64,000 nucleotides of DNA from Octopus vulgaris (GCA_951406725.2 OX597818.1:18414001-18478000); one strand, 5' to 3'. Positions 14,340-28,495 are shown, counted from the first letter of the stretch. Program-made: numbers and translations. The notes: a model not told the origin generated them from the sequence alone.

Positions 14340-14545
14340 AGTGAAGAAGAGTGTCCCTTTAGAATCCACTTTGTTGCGGTACTGCGGTACATTCTTATTC
14401 GGAAGTAAGGAGGCGGAACTTTTATAAAATTCTACAATAGCAACGAGATCGAAATAGCCTGCCCTGCTATACTGGCGCCAGTCCCTTTAGAAATATCCAG
14501 ATATAAATGATTACATTTTAGTCCCGTCTTCGGTTTGTGAGTGTG
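14340..14545. promoter_or_regulatory. Candidate core promoter
   Basis: CGGAAGT (14400-14406), AGGCGGAAC, TATAAAA (14423-14429), TAGCAAC and ACTGGCGCCAGT in unique CpG-retaining DNA. Confidence 0.3.
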
Positions 14546-14818
14546 TGTGGGAGTGTGTGTGTGTACACGCACATAGAAGTACGCATACATGTTTGTATGT
14601 GAATGTAAGTGTATTATTTACCCACAAATAACACCGTTCACTTTGCACACGCTTTCGCTTCTCCACGCAATCCTAATATCACATCTTAGACAACTTTCAT
14701 CATAGATATTCATACAAACTTTCAGACAGCTTCACACGTACTTCCTTTCTTTCTACTCACTTAGCAATTGCATACACCGGAATCTACACTTCACTTATCA
14801 AGGCCTTCAAATTTAACA

Positions 14819-14915
<97 letters not shown>

Positions 14916-15114
14916 GTATACACATACATATATCTCTTTGATATACACGCCTACACCATCTCCCCTGACGCCCACTACCAGGCACACACACACACACTGT
15001 TAATTACACCTGCACACCCGTTTGATCCCGTTTGCCAATCATAGAACGGTATTCCTCCTGGGTTTTAGCCCACCAACGTACACCCTGCTCCCAAAGAGTT
15101 ATTTTAAAAATTAA

Positions 15115-15870
15115 GCTTGGCTGTCTGGTTAAGGAGGTCGCTTGACAACCCAACCACGTAGTTTCAGGTTTTGTCCTGATGCGTGACGCGTTGGGTAAGT
15201 GTCTTCTGCTACAGCCCTTGGCTGATCAATACCTTATGGGTGTATTTGATAGATGGAAACTGTGCAGAAGCCTGTCGTATATATCTTACTTGTTTCAGTC
15301 TTGAAGAATTTTAGTCGAACGAATCGACCGAAGTAGTTATTCTTTTTAAGCCCGCTTCTTATTCTATCGGTGTCTTTTGCTGAATAGGTAACTTATGGAG
15401 ATGTAAACACACCAAAATCGGTTGTTAAGCAGCGGTGGGGGACAAACAGACACAAAAACACAAAAACACACGCACACTCACACGACGTGATTCTTTCAGT
15501 TTCCTTCTACTATATCCACTCACAAGGCTTTGGACGTCCCGAGGCTATAGCAGAAGACACTTGCCCAAATTGTCACGTAGTGGGACTGAACCTGGATCTA
15601 TGTGGTTAGGAAACAATCTTTTTACCACACAGCCACACTTGTGCCTAAAGTATGCACACACACACACACGCACGCACACACACTCACGCTCGCGCGCGCG
15701 CGCACACACACACACATATATGCATGTATGTATATTTTTGTGTCCTTGTGTTTGTTGTCGCCCGTTCTACCGTTTGACGTTCGGTATTGGTTCGTTTACC
15801 TCCCCATAACCTAGCGGTACGGGGTTGATTCGTTCGACTAAGGTCATAGTTCCATGACTGAAACAAATAT
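15115..15870. mobile_element. Nested family B SINEs: plus copy (head 15115-15280, tail 15740-15870) containing a minus copy (15285-15650)
   Basis: Family B head and tail motifs in both orientations. Confidence 0.75.
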
Positions 15871-15906
15871 AAAAATAAAGAACTTTTTACATACATTAAT
15901 TGATAA

Positions 15907-16232
15907 TTCTTTCCTTCCTTCCTTCTTTCTTTCTTTCTTTCTTTCTGTCTTTTTTCCTTCTTTCTTTCTTTCTTCCTTCCTTCTTTCCTTCCTTTCTTTC
16001 TTTCTTTCTTTCTTTCTTCCTTCCTTCCTTTCTTTCTTTCTTTTCTTTCTTTCTTTCTTCCTTTCTTTCTTTCTTTCTTTTTTCCTCCTTTCTTTCTTTC
16101 TTTCTTCCTTCCCTCCTCTCTTTCTTTCTTTCTTTCCTTCCTTCCTTCTTTCCTTCCTTCCTTCCTTCCTTCCTTCCTTCCTTCCTTCCTTCCTTCCTTT
16201 CTTTCTTCCTTTCTTTCTTTCTTTCTTTCTTT
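15907..16232. repeat. Polypyrimidine (TTTC/TTCC)n tract
   Basis: Direct reading. Confidence 0.95.
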
Positions 16233-16559
16233 CCGGACCAAAACTAACATTCAAAACATCATCACTCTCCATAGTGACTCCAAGTACAGCTTACAAGCTT
16301 CAAACTAATACCGTATTCTTCGTACATCGTTTTTCCTATCTTTTAACAGTTGTTGATTTTAGACGCGCGGTGGGCATGCAAACCGCATCCCACGCACACT
16401 CACATACACATACACCCACACATATCTAAAGTCAATAACAACGAAGAGAAGTATGTGCATATATATTAAATAATTCTCTCTCAGTCTATCGATCTCTCTC
16501 CCTCCTCTTCTCTCTTTCCATTCCCATTTCTCTCTACAGAACTTACATATATATATATA

Positions 16560-17000
16560 CTAGCAGGATACTTTGTATAGTTCAGGATATAGACGACTCA
16601 TTTTATGGTCAATTTCTCAAGAAATCACGGTAGTTCTGCAAAAGTGCATTACTTGTAAGACAAAATTTATACTGCGGTTAAACACCCCATAAAGCCATTT
16701 CGTCTTTTAAAGCATAAACAATTTTCAGTGAAGGGATTTAGAATAATCCCATAAACATCTTCTATAGTTTTTATACCTTATGAGTTGATATAAAGATTGC
16801 TTTTATTTTCATTATGTGAACACCCAACATATAGCTGTTCGTGAGAATAGCAATGGTCTAGGCATATACAAATTGCAGTTCAGGTACTATCAATGTCTGA
16901 CCTTGCGGTTTGTTGATGTCTATTGCGAAGCTCAGAAGTATAGGGATTTGAAGTTCCTTGATGCTGTGAACAGAAATGGCAAATAGCACTGAGAAATACT
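16560..17000 (-). mobile_element. Helitron 3' remnant with decayed PIF1 helicase C-terminus
   Basis: Minus strand reads QIPILLSFAIDINKPQGQTL...SHEQLYVGCS; ends ...gtatcctgCTAG|T at 16560. Confidence 0.65.
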
Positions 17001-17669
17001 TATTTATGGAAATGTTTATTTGATTATTTCATAGAAATAATATTTTATATATCGATGTGAGATTTATTGCAAAAAATTGGTTTCAAATCGTGACATTTTC
17101 ACGTATAATAACTAAAGAAAAATCTTACCATAGTGGAGTGAGTGGAAAATATTTTCTCTACGATTGTATTTTAGCAAAATATGCTGAACAATACGCTCTA
17201 GAGCAAAACCGTTTGAGTGTAAAATATGTAGGAATCATTTTCGTAAAGAGTTTGGAACATGTAATACAAAAACGTTGGTGCATAGGAGAAATATTCTATA
17301 ATTGGAAAATACGTGAAAAATAGCATTTAAAAGCATACCTTTAACATTATTTTAGCAATTCATAAAAGAATGGGTATTTGTGGATGTGGATTCCAATTCT
17401 TCATTGTGCATTTTGTTATGCATTGTTTATATATATTTTTCTGTGTGTTGCGTGTGTGTGTATGTACATATATATATATGTACATAAATAATATATAGCA
17501 TGAATAAATAAATATATAATATATATGCATATATGCACACATATATATGTATATATGTATATGTATGCATGTATGTATATATATATATATGTGTGTGTGT
17601 GTGAGTGTGTGTGTGTGTGTCTATATGAATATGTACATAAAAATATATAGCATAAATATATAAATATAT

Positions 17670-17700
<31 letters not shown>

Positions 17701-17873
17701 GTATATGTATGTATATATATATATATGCCTATATGAATGTATATATGTATATGTATATATATATATGTATATGCCTATATACGTACATACATATTCATAC
17801 ACACATACATACATACATACATACATACATACATACATACATAATACATATACACACACACACACACACATAC

Positions 17874-17904
<31 letters not shown>

Positions 17905-18469
17905 GGTGCACACATACATGGTAACTTATAAACAAATATGCGATAAACATTCACGCATTTACGCTTATTTACACATGATTCTTAAAAAAAATGAATAATA
18001 AAGAACTAAACGGAAAAATAACTATATGCTGCCAAGCGATTTCTAAAGACAGGAAAAGAAATTAAATAAACAGTTATATAGATAGCGGAATTGATTGATA
18101 GAGAGATAAACCAAATGATGTTTAGAACTTATCTCGTGGAAAGGTGCAAAGGTAAAAATACAATGTTTTACAGATTCGTAATTATGTATATAACGCTACA
18201 CATAAGTAGTGGGGGCGGGATATTAACAGACTTGGACGAAACCGACACGGTGTGACCATGTAAATATAGACATTATTCAAATTCCGCCGAGGTTAACTTT
18301 ACCGTTCATTCTTTCGGGTTCGAAAACATACGTACCAGTTGAGTACTGGGTCGATGTAATCGTCTATCCCCCACCCCTAAATTTCAGGCCTTGTGCCTTT
18401 AGTAAAAAGGATTATTTAACATTTAATTCGATTTTATGTTTTCCACATTAGACGGTTAATGTATGTATA

Positions 18470-18664
18470 CTCTTTACTCTTTTACTCTTTTACTTGTTTC
18501 AGTCATTTGACTGCGGCCATGCTGGAACACCGCCTTTAGTCGAGCAAATCGACCCCAGGACTTATTCTTTGGAAGCCTAGTACTTATTCTGTCGGGATCT
18601 TGTGCCGAACCGCTAAGTTACGGAGATGTAAACACACCAGCATCTGTTGTCAACACAGACACCT

Positions 18665-18717
<53 letters not shown>

Positions 18718-18835
18718 CATATATACGACGGGCCTCTTTCAGTTTCCGTCTACCAAATCCACTCACAAGGCATTGGTTGGACCGAGGCTATAGTAGATGA
18801 CACTTGCCCAAGGTGCCACGCAGTAGGACTGAACC
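18470..18835 (-). mobile_element. Family B SINE
   Basis: (tactctt)n tail, body and partial head. Confidence 0.85.
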
Positions 18836-19014
18836 CTACTATGGAGGTATTCTTTCTTTGTCAGAAAACAGTTCTTTCGTTCTGGGAAGAGTTCAAATTG
18901 AAAACATAAAATCACATCCAGCTCGAGACGCACACACACCATATGCATATCTATGTATGCATGTATGCACGTTTATTTGTATGTATATGTGCGTGTATGC
19001 ATGTACTCATGAGA

Positions 19015-19275
19015 ATGTATGTATGTATGTATGTATGTATGTATGTATGTATGTATGTATGTATGTATGTATGTATGTATGTATGTATGTATGTATGTAT
19101 GTATGTATGTATGTATGTATGTATGTATGTATGTATGTATGTATGTGTATGTATGTATGTATGTATGTATGTATGTATGTATGTATGTATGTATGTATGT
19201 ATGTATGTATGAATGTATGTATGTATGTATGTATGTATGTATGTATGTATGTATGTATGAATGTATGTATGTATG

Positions 19276-19309
<34 letters not shown>

Positions 19310-19359
19310 TGTATGTATGTATGTATGTATGTATGTATGTATATATGTATGTATGTATG

Positions 19360-19393
<34 letters not shown>

Positions 19394-19533
19394 TGTATGT
19401 ATGTATGTATGTATCTATGTATGTATGTATGTATGTATGTATGTATGTATCTATGTATGTATGTATGTGTATGTATGTATGTATGTATGTATGTATGTAT
19501 GTCTATGTATGTATGTATGTCTATGTATGTATG

Positions 19534-19599
<66 letters not shown>

Positions 19600-19708
19600 T
19601 GATGTATGTATGTATGTATGTATGTATGTATGTATGTATGTATGTATGTATGTATGTATGTATGTATGTATGTATGTATGAATGTATGTATGTATGTATG
19701 TATGCATG

Positions 19709-19742
<34 letters not shown>
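19015..19742. repeat. ~730-bp (ATGT)n microsatellite
   Basis: Direct reading; source of the YVCM/HTYI pseudo-ORFs. Confidence 0.98.
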
Positions 19743-19995
19743 TCTTTGTATCTATGGGTACGACAATAAAATCGTAGGTGGAGACGGAATTAACGACAGT
19801 CGAATAGAACGTATACACTAGATAACGGATATAGAGTGAAAGGCTTTGTTTCTTTTTTCCCTGTATGTAAAATCGACATTACGTGCTGATCACGTCACTT
19901 CGTGATCATCGTCGATTCGTACTCAAGAGAATGTATGTATGTATGTATGTATGTATGTATGTATGTATGTATGTATGTATGTATGTATGTATGTA

Positions 19996-20026
<31 letters not shown>

Positions 20027-20099
20027 ATGTATGTATGTATGTATGAAGCAAGTAAAAGAGTAAAAGAGTATATTTGACTAGTTTCTCGAACTAATCGAC

Positions 20100-20495
<396 letters not shown>

Positions 20496-20511
20496 ATACA
20501 TATACATACAT

Positions 20512-20560
<49 letters not shown>

Positions 20561-20797
20561 AACATATATATAAATGCACGCACTATAGTAATACTCTTGT
20601 GCTTTTCTCCGTCCAAACATGAATGAGATTAGAAGGGGTGATGGTAAACTGGTGGGTTGGTGAACATTCAATGCTGAAAAGAAAAATCAAACAGCGTTTC
20701 AACTCTGTGAGAGTATAGGCGTGTATGTGTGTGCGTGTACAAGGGAAGTATGTGAATGTATGTTAACATTGACACGTGTATAAATTTACCATTCATA

Positions 20798-21712
20798 TCT
20801 ATATATATAAAACTGTAGTTGTGTGAGTGTCTGTCCCCTTCGATTTAGATTCCTAACTACTCCCACATTTTGCGGTGCAGTTTAACCAAATTCGGATATC
20901 TTATAGTCGTGATTCATATCGAGCCCGTCTGGGTATTAGCGCGCGTCTACGATGAGTCTACTATTTAAAAAATAATTTAACATCATTTTTTATTCCATTT
21001 TAATGCATATTTTTTCGTGTGTCGATGGCGGCGGAGTTGGCGTCCACGCTCACACTTGCACCTGTGTTGCTTCTCCCTCTACTTCCCTCCCTCGTGAAGC
21101 TGTGGGGAAGGGAGTGTAAGGAAATCAACGTCGTAATGCGTTGTCAAGGAGACCAGCGTTCTTTTAGAACAACGACTTCATGGCTTGAAGTCGCCAAAAC
21201 AGAAATCGCTAAAAAAGCTGAAACAGATCCACAAAAACAGCAATTACCGCCACACAGGGCAGGTTTCCTGTGCAAACAATTTGCACAACCGAATGTTTTA
21301 GTTGTTGCACAAATCTTTATATATAAAAGTAAGGTTGTGTGTCTGTCTCCTACGATTTAGATTCCTAACTACTCCCACATTTTGCGGTGCAGTTTAACCA
21401 AAACCCGGTATCTTATAGTCGTGATTCATATCGAGCCCTTCTGGGTATTAGCGCGCGTCTACGATGAGTCTACGATTTAAAAAAAAAATTACCATCATTT
21501 TTTATTCCATTTTAATGCATTTTTCGCTATTATATAAGGGAAGTAACTCTCTAAAAATGTCTACGATGAGTCAACGATTTTTAAAAAAAATTACCATCAT
21601 TTTTTATTCAATTTTTAATGCATTCTTTGCTATTTTTTTGCTATAACTCACTAAAAATGCTTATATAGTTATTTCCCTTACAAACCCGAGCAACGCCGGG
21701 TGATACTGCTAG
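20798..21712 (+). mobile_element. Non-autonomous Helitron composite (two 5' TC ends, one 3' hairpin-CTAG end)
   Basis: A|TCtatatatataaaa at 20798 and A|TCtttatatataaaa at 21314; cccgagcaacgccggg hairpin then CTAG|T at 21712. Confidence 0.85.
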
Positions 21713-21867
21713 TTTATATATAAAATACTAAAATTAGCCGTCATTTTTGACTATATATATGCGAGTGATTGGAGAAAGGACAGAAGAGGCACTCACATAT
21801 TTAGTAGGAGTTAGATATATTATTTAAAGTCCCATGCAACTTACATATACGTGGGCGTAAAGATTCA

Positions 21868-22032
21868 TGACTTAAATTTTCGTGGGTTTCTCACAGAAAT
21901 GTAAGCGCGTCGGGCTCAGCTAATAGAAATGAAAGATACAGGTAGTCATCTTGGGCTTTTTACATCTCTCCATTCGGTTAACTGAACCCGACGAGCAACA
22001 ATTCTGTAAGAAACCTATGAAACTTTAGGTCA
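21868..22032. repeat. Imperfect inverted repeat (~56-bp arms, ~54-bp spacer)
   Basis: 21868-21923 versus reverse complement of 21978-22032. Confidence 0.8.
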
Positions 22033-22067
22033 CATAGAGCCGAAACAAACTATTTTGAATAATGTAC

Positions 22068-22100
<33 letters not shown>

Positions 22101-22162
22101 TGTATGTATGTATGTATGTATGTATGTATGTATGTATGTACGTATGTATCTATCTATGTATG

Positions 22163-22195
<33 letters not shown>

Positions 22196-22510
22196 TTATA
22201 TATATATATATAATGTGCGTGTGTATATATATATAATGTGTGAGTGTCTGTGTATGTGTTTGTACTGCACTACTGCTTGACGATCGGTGTTGGTGTGTTT
22301 ACGTCTTCGTAAACTGGCGGTTTAGTAAAAGAGAACGATAAAGTACCAGTATTAAAGAAATTTAAGAAATAAACACTAGGATGGATTCCTTCGACTAAAA
22401 CCTCTTCAATGCGGTATCCCAGCATGGCCGCAGTCTAAGGAATAAAACAAGTAAAAGATGTATGTGTGTATACATTTATATATGTACAAACACACACACA
22501 CTCACTCACA

Positions 22511-22564
<54 letters not shown>

Positions 22565-22574
22565 TACACACATA

Positions 22575-22890
22575 CTAGCACTGTGTCGCTTACGACGACA
22601 AGGGTTCCAGTTGGTCGGATCAACAGAACAGCTTGCTCGTGAGATTAACGTGCAAGTGGCTGAGCACTCCACAGACGCGCGCACCCTTTCACATACTTCT
22701 CATGGAGAATTCAGCGTGACGAAAAGTGTGACAAGGCTGGCATCTTGAAATACAGGTACTACTCATTTTTGCCAGTTGAGGAGACTGAAGCATCGCGAAA
22801 TAAAGTGTCTTGCTCAAGGACACAACGCGCCGCTGGGAATCGAACTTACGACCCTACGATCTTGAGTCGAATACACTTAGCCTTCATAAA
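22575..22890 (-). mobile_element. tRNA-derived SINE (gttgtgtccttgagcaagacac type)
   Basis: B-box aagttcgattccc on minus strand; diverged paralogue at 45790-46085. Confidence 0.7.
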
Positions 22891-23000
22891 CACACACACA
22901 CACTCACACACACACACACTCACACACACACATACACGCACACATACACACACACACGCACACATACACACATAAATATATACACTATGTGTATGAATGC

Positions 23001-23051
<51 letters not shown>

Positions 23052-23689
23052 TATTTGTGCGTATGCGTCTGTGTATTTGTGTGAGTTTGTGTGATAATGT
23101 GCGCTGCCGACTGTGTTTTCATTGTATTTTTTGGCGGTAGTAGATACGTGAAATCAATCTTTTCACCTCTCTTCTGCTAAAACCGCGGAACTATACATAT
23201 GTCAACCAATGAGAAATGGCGTCAATGAAGCTCCTGGAAGCCACGTTTGTCCTTGCAGTTTGACACTTCTCAATCGCAGTGGATTTATCGAGCTAACAGC
23301 CTATATTCAGTTTTTTTGTTTTCATTCTGACACAGTTTATTTTTAACACCTTCTCTCATTAAACTATCCTTGCAATCACTTTTTATTTTGTGTCGCAGCA
23401 TAGTTGTCACAGCATCCTCGATAAGTAGCAGTCACTTTAACTGGAGTCATATAGTGTGTCACAGCTAAAGTGAAAATCAATAATTTTATTTTTTCTTGAC
23501 AGATGTAATGAAAATGTACCGATGAAACGTCAATATTCACAGAAAATAGGAATTGTTAACGCCTTTGTCTCCTCAGCAAATATCACCACAACCACCACCA
23601 CCACCACCACTATCCCCAAGACCATCACAACGACCCCACTCCACGATTACTAAGATCACCACCAACCTTTTCCTCCTCAATACCTTTTT

Positions 23690-23880
23690 CTTTATAATCC
23701 ACAAGGAGCTAAACACAGAGGGAACAAACAAGGACAGACATAGGTATTAAGTCGATTACATCGACCCCAGTGCGTAACTGGTACTTAATTTATCGACCCC
23801 GAAAGGATGAAAGGCAAAGTCGACCTCGGCGGAATTTGAACCCACAACGTAACGGCAGACGAAATACCGCTAAGCATTTC
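23690..23880 (-). mobile_element. Young family A SINE (headless)
   Basis: Near identical to the units at 50390-50992. Confidence 0.85.
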
Positions 23881-24079
23881 CTCCTCAATACCATCTACGT
23901 CATCATTATTATCGTCGTCGGCGTCGTCGCTCTCCTCCTCCTCCTCCTCCTCCTCATCGTTATCAACAACTTCATACCATCATCACGAACGTCGGACACA
24001 TAGTTACTCATGATTGTTATTGTCGCCCTCAACGTCATTATTGAAGGGACTATCGGACTAGGTTGTATACTTCCCTAGT

Positions 24080-24151
24080 CTACCAATCCACCAATCCACC
24101 AATCTACCAATCCACCAATCTACCAATTAGCCAATCCACAAATCTACCAAT
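24080..24151. repeat. 8-9-nt minisatellite containing CCAAT
   Basis: (c)taccaatc/caccaatc repeated about 9 times. Confidence 0.85.
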
Positions 24152-24444
24152 ATCTCAGTTCACCAACTGACCTGTTCTCAAACCCATTAATCCTTATTGA
24201 GCAAAACATTGGTGATTGCATTTTATTTGTTTATATTTCAATTCAATGTTTACAGTCTAAATATTCTAAAGACACACCATCTGTTGCAGACAGCCAAATA
24301 AAAACAAATCCAAGCAACGAAACACGCAGTTAAACATGAAACAAAAATAATTATTTACAAAGCAAAGGGCAAGAAGCGTATAGAAAAAAAAGAAAAAAAG
24401 AAATAGTTTTAAGCGGCTGCTGATCACAAGGGCAATAATTTAAT

Positions 24445-24665
24445 ATTTTCTACAGAAATGTTAAATAATTGACATTTTAGGACAAATTTTGAGGGTTAGG
24501 AATTTAAGTGTCTCTTTTGTTTATTAGGTATTGTGTAGTTATCTCTTGATTTTAGATTGCAATATGATAAGCTTCGAAATGTGGTGTGATATAGCGGTGA
24601 TCGTGACTTCAAAAGAAGCCACACTTCCTGGTAATGTAAGCACAGTTCACAGGTATGTATGCATG
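24445..24665 (+). repeat. Dispersed ~220-bp repeat; inverted copy at ~40742-40960
   Basis: Shared ...gattgcaatatgataagcttcgaaatgtggtgt...; both give the same [19 protein letters not shown] translation. Confidence 0.85.
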
Positions 24666-24683
24666 CATGTATATGTCCATGTA

Positions 24684-24726
<43 letters not shown>

Positions 24727-24769
24727 GCGTGTATGTGAGTGCGTGTTTGTGTAAGTGTGTTTATATATA

Positions 24770-25030
24770 TCTATTATATAAAAGCCGTTCTGTCTGTCTG
24801 TGTGTGTGTCTTCTAGGATATCGGGCATCCTCCATTCGATTGCGTTCAAATTTGATATGGTAGATACCGACTGTATCAGGGCGTATATAAGTCTTGAAAA
24901 AATTACAAAAATCGATTCCAGGTGAGAATGCGATCGATAATGCCGTGGGAACGTGCATTTGTAAAATCGTTTTTCTTGGAATAGAAAAAAGTCTATCTTT
25001 ACTATTTTTTCGCTGGTGTCTGAAATTTAG
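24770..25030 (+). mobile_element. Probable Helitron 5' end
   Basis: A|TCtattatataaaagccgttctgtctgtctg resembles the other Helitron 5' termini; no 3' end found. Confidence 0.45.
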
Positions 25031-25158
25031 GTTAAATCAGTGTTTCTCAAAGGGGAGGCCTATGGGACGGTCGGACAAGTTGTCTTGAGAAAATTTGGTT
25101 TAAATGTTTGACAACTCAGCACCGTCCATTGGAGGGGGGGGGGCGTTTTGTTCGTATA

Positions 25159-25206
<48 letters not shown>

Positions 25207-26239
25207 TATATATATGCACATGCATACATACATGTATATATGTGTATATGCGCGCGCACACACACAGTTATACACACATAGAGTGTTCGTATTGTATATT
25301 TATGCACATATTTATATATCTATTTTCTGGTTTTATTTTTCAAATTTCTCCCTAAAGGAGAAAGAACCGGTTTCTAACCTAGATACATTGCTTTTTCATA
25401 AAAATTTAGACATGTACTAGGTAAACACACATACAAACACACACACACACACACACACACATTTATTCACACACACATATGTGTGTGTGTGTGTGTCTGT
25501 GTGTGTGTGTGTACATACACAAATACGTGCATTTTGTATTTGCGTTCGTGTCAGAGTTAGTACTTACGTTTATCAATATGAAAAAATTGTGTTCCTGTTT
25601 ACTCAAATACAGAAAACGGAGATCGATACACTTAGTACCAGACTGGAATACGTACAACGGTCAATAAGATCAGTTAGATCTATTATCTACTGTAGGTGTT
25701 GCCTCAGCATGCCAATAATTCAGTGACTGAAACCAGAAACAGAGTATACTTAAAGAATACTGCTTTCTCCTGTAGACATAATACCTGGAATTTTGGGGGA
25801 GGTGTTAGTCGATGACGTTGGTCTCACTGCTCAAGAAGTACTTATTTCTTCGACCCCAAAAGAATGAAAGGTAAAGTCAACTCCGGCAGAATTGGAACTC
25901 AAAACGTAACGTCTAACGAAACACCACTGTCCGGTGTGCTAACGATTCTGCCAGCTAGCAGTTTAATACTTAAACAATTACAACAGAACAGTTAGAACTG
26001 CAGTAACATCAGCTACAGGAGCCGCAGAATGAAGCTTCTATAAGGTCACATGTTCTGCAAGGAAGAGCAGCCAAATACTCATCAAACAATACAATAATAC
26101 TTTATTAGTGATATGCAAATCAAATGTGTTCCTGGAACGTTTTGTGTCCGAGGTATGAGAGGATGGTCAGTGCGCTAATATTTTGTTCATAGATCTGATC
26201 TGCCTGATCTTATGTAGTTGACCTGGGTCAAAACGACAG

Positions 26240-26301
<62 letters not shown>

Positions 26302-26457
26302 GCAAGGGCAACAACAACAGCAGCAGCAAGGGCAACAACAACAGCAGCAGCGGTACCAGAGAATCATGCGCGGTCACTAGACACAGTAGAAATAATAGTC
26401 AAGTTGTCTCCCATTCATACTGACTTCTCTTTAATATATATATATATATTACATATA

Positions 26458-26502
<45 letters not shown>

Positions 26503-26584
26503 CATATCATCCTGATGCCTAGAGTGCTTCAGACCTTAAAACACATTGTTCAATGTTGACCTGGGGTTAAAGAAACAACCAAAT

Positions 26585-27450
26585 AATCGTTTCTACTATA
26601 GGTACTTTATTTTATTACCCTCAGAGGTTCCAAAACCGAATTCGACTTCGTGGGTATTTGAAATCAGAACATGAAGAACCAGAAGGAACCCTTGAAGGTA
26701 TTTTGTTAAACGATCTAAAGATTTTATTAGCCAATCTACTGCTATCGAATAGTACGTGAAAGAAAACAAACTATCTTTAATTCAGAGACTAATTCTTTCT
26801 GCTGTAGATACACGGCCTGAAATTTGCGGGGAGGGATTAAGTCGATTACATCGACCTCAGTACTCAACTGGTACTTATTTTATCGATCCGAAAGGATGAA
26901 AGTCGACCTCGACGGAATTTGAACTCAGGACGTAAAGACAGACGAAATGCCGCTAAGCGTTTCGCAAGGTGTGGTCACGATTCTGCCAGCTTGCCGCCTT
27001 TCTAATTCAGATAATAATCCTTTCTACTATAGGTACACAGCCTGCAATTTGTGGGGAGGGGGGCGTCGTCGATCACATCGACCCCAGTATTCGACTGGTA
27101 CTTAATTTATCGACCCCGAAAGGATGAAAAGCAAAGTTGATCTCGGGGGAATTTGAACTCATGAACACAGCGACGGGTAAAATACCACTAAGCATTTCGT
27201 CCAGCGTGTTAGCGATTTTACCAGTTTGCCGCCTTTAATTGAGATAATAATGCTAGTAATTTGGGATGTGGGAGAATAATCGATTTCCTAAACCCCAATA
27301 CTTTGACTTCTGTTTTGTTTTGTTAATCCCCAAAGGATGAAATGCAAAGTTAAAATTGGCAGGATTTAAATTCAGAAATGAAAGAATCACAGGAAATACT
27401 GCAAAGCATTTTCTTTGATGTGCCAACGATTTTTCCCAACCCACTGTCAT
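26585..27450 (-). mobile_element. Head-to-tail chain of four family A SINEs of different ages
   Basis: Repeated ttctactatagg...gaaaggatgaaa...gaactc...ccagct.gccgcc units. Confidence 0.8.
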
Positions 27451-27462
27451 TCATAATATATA

Positions 27463-28365
27463 CCGGATCTAAAGTCTGGGGGAATGGGCGAGTTCCTCGA
27501 TTATATCAACTCAGTATTTGGCTGGTACTTTATCGATCTCGTTAACCTGGACAGAATTTGAACTCAGAACAGAAAGAGCTGGAGGGAATACCTGAAGGTA
27601 ATAATTTGTACCGGATCTAAAGTATGGGGCTATAGGCGAGTTCCTCGATTATATTGACTCAATATTTGCCTGGTACTTTATTTTATCGATCTCTTTAACC
27701 TGGACAGAATTTGAACTCAGAACAGAAAGAGCTGGATGGATTACCTGAAGGTAATAATATGTACTGGGTCTAAAGTCTGGGGCTATAGGCGAGTTCCTCG
27801 ATTATATTGACTCAATATTTGGCTGGTACTTTATTTTATCGATCTCGTTAACCTGGAGAAAATTTGAACTCAGAACAGAAAGAGCTGGATGGAATACCTG
27901 AAGGTGATAATATGTACTGGGTCTAAAATCTGGGGAAATGGGCGAGTTCCTCGATCATATCGACTCAATATTTGCCTGGTACTTTATTTTATCGATCTCG
28001 TTAACCTGGAGAAAATTTGAACTCAGAACAGAAAGAGCTGGATGGAATACCTGAAGGTGATAATATGTACTGGGTCTAAAATCTGGGGAAATGGGCGAGT
28101 TCCTCGATTATGTCGACTCAATATTTGCCTGGTACTTTATTTTATCGATCTCGTTAACCTGGAGAAAATTTGAACTCAGAACAGAAAGAGCTGGATGGAA
28201 TACCTGAAGGTGATAATATGTACTGGGTCTAAAATCTGGGGGAATGGGCGAGTTCCTCGATTATATCGACTCAATATTTGGCTTGTACTTTATTTTATCG
28301 ATCTCGTTAACCTCGACAGAATTTGAACTCAGAACAGAAAGAGCTGGATAGAATACCTGAAGGTA
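27463..28365 (-). repeat. Tandem array of six ~153-bp SINE-derived units
   Basis: Unit starts at 27463, 27611, 27764, 27917, 28070, 28223; each retains tttgaactcagaac (B-box on minus strand). Confidence 0.95.
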
Positions 28366-28429
28366 AATTTATCAAGCTATTCGGACACTCTACCAATTCT
28401 ACCAATCATTCGCCGTCGACAATTACTGT

Positions 28430-28462
28430 AATAATAGCAACAATGCCACCACCACCACCACC

Positions 28463-28495
<33 letters not shown>

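Noticed and set aside
15684-16429. KERKEGR-rich and FLPS-rich ORFs
   Set aside because: Derived from the (TTTC/TTCC)n repeat.
18804-19821. Long ORFs of 220-321 aa (YVCM/HTYI repeats)
   Set aside because: Translation of the (ATGT)n microsatellite; the same applies to all YI/CV/HT ORFs in the window.
25340-25410. Minus-strand atgaaaa...gaaaccggtt hammerhead-like string
   Set aside because: Only the 3' half fits; stem I and the core are not supported.
27463-28365. CRISPR-like periodic array
   Set aside because: Whole units repeat without unique spacers, the unit is SINE-derived, and the context is eukaryotic.
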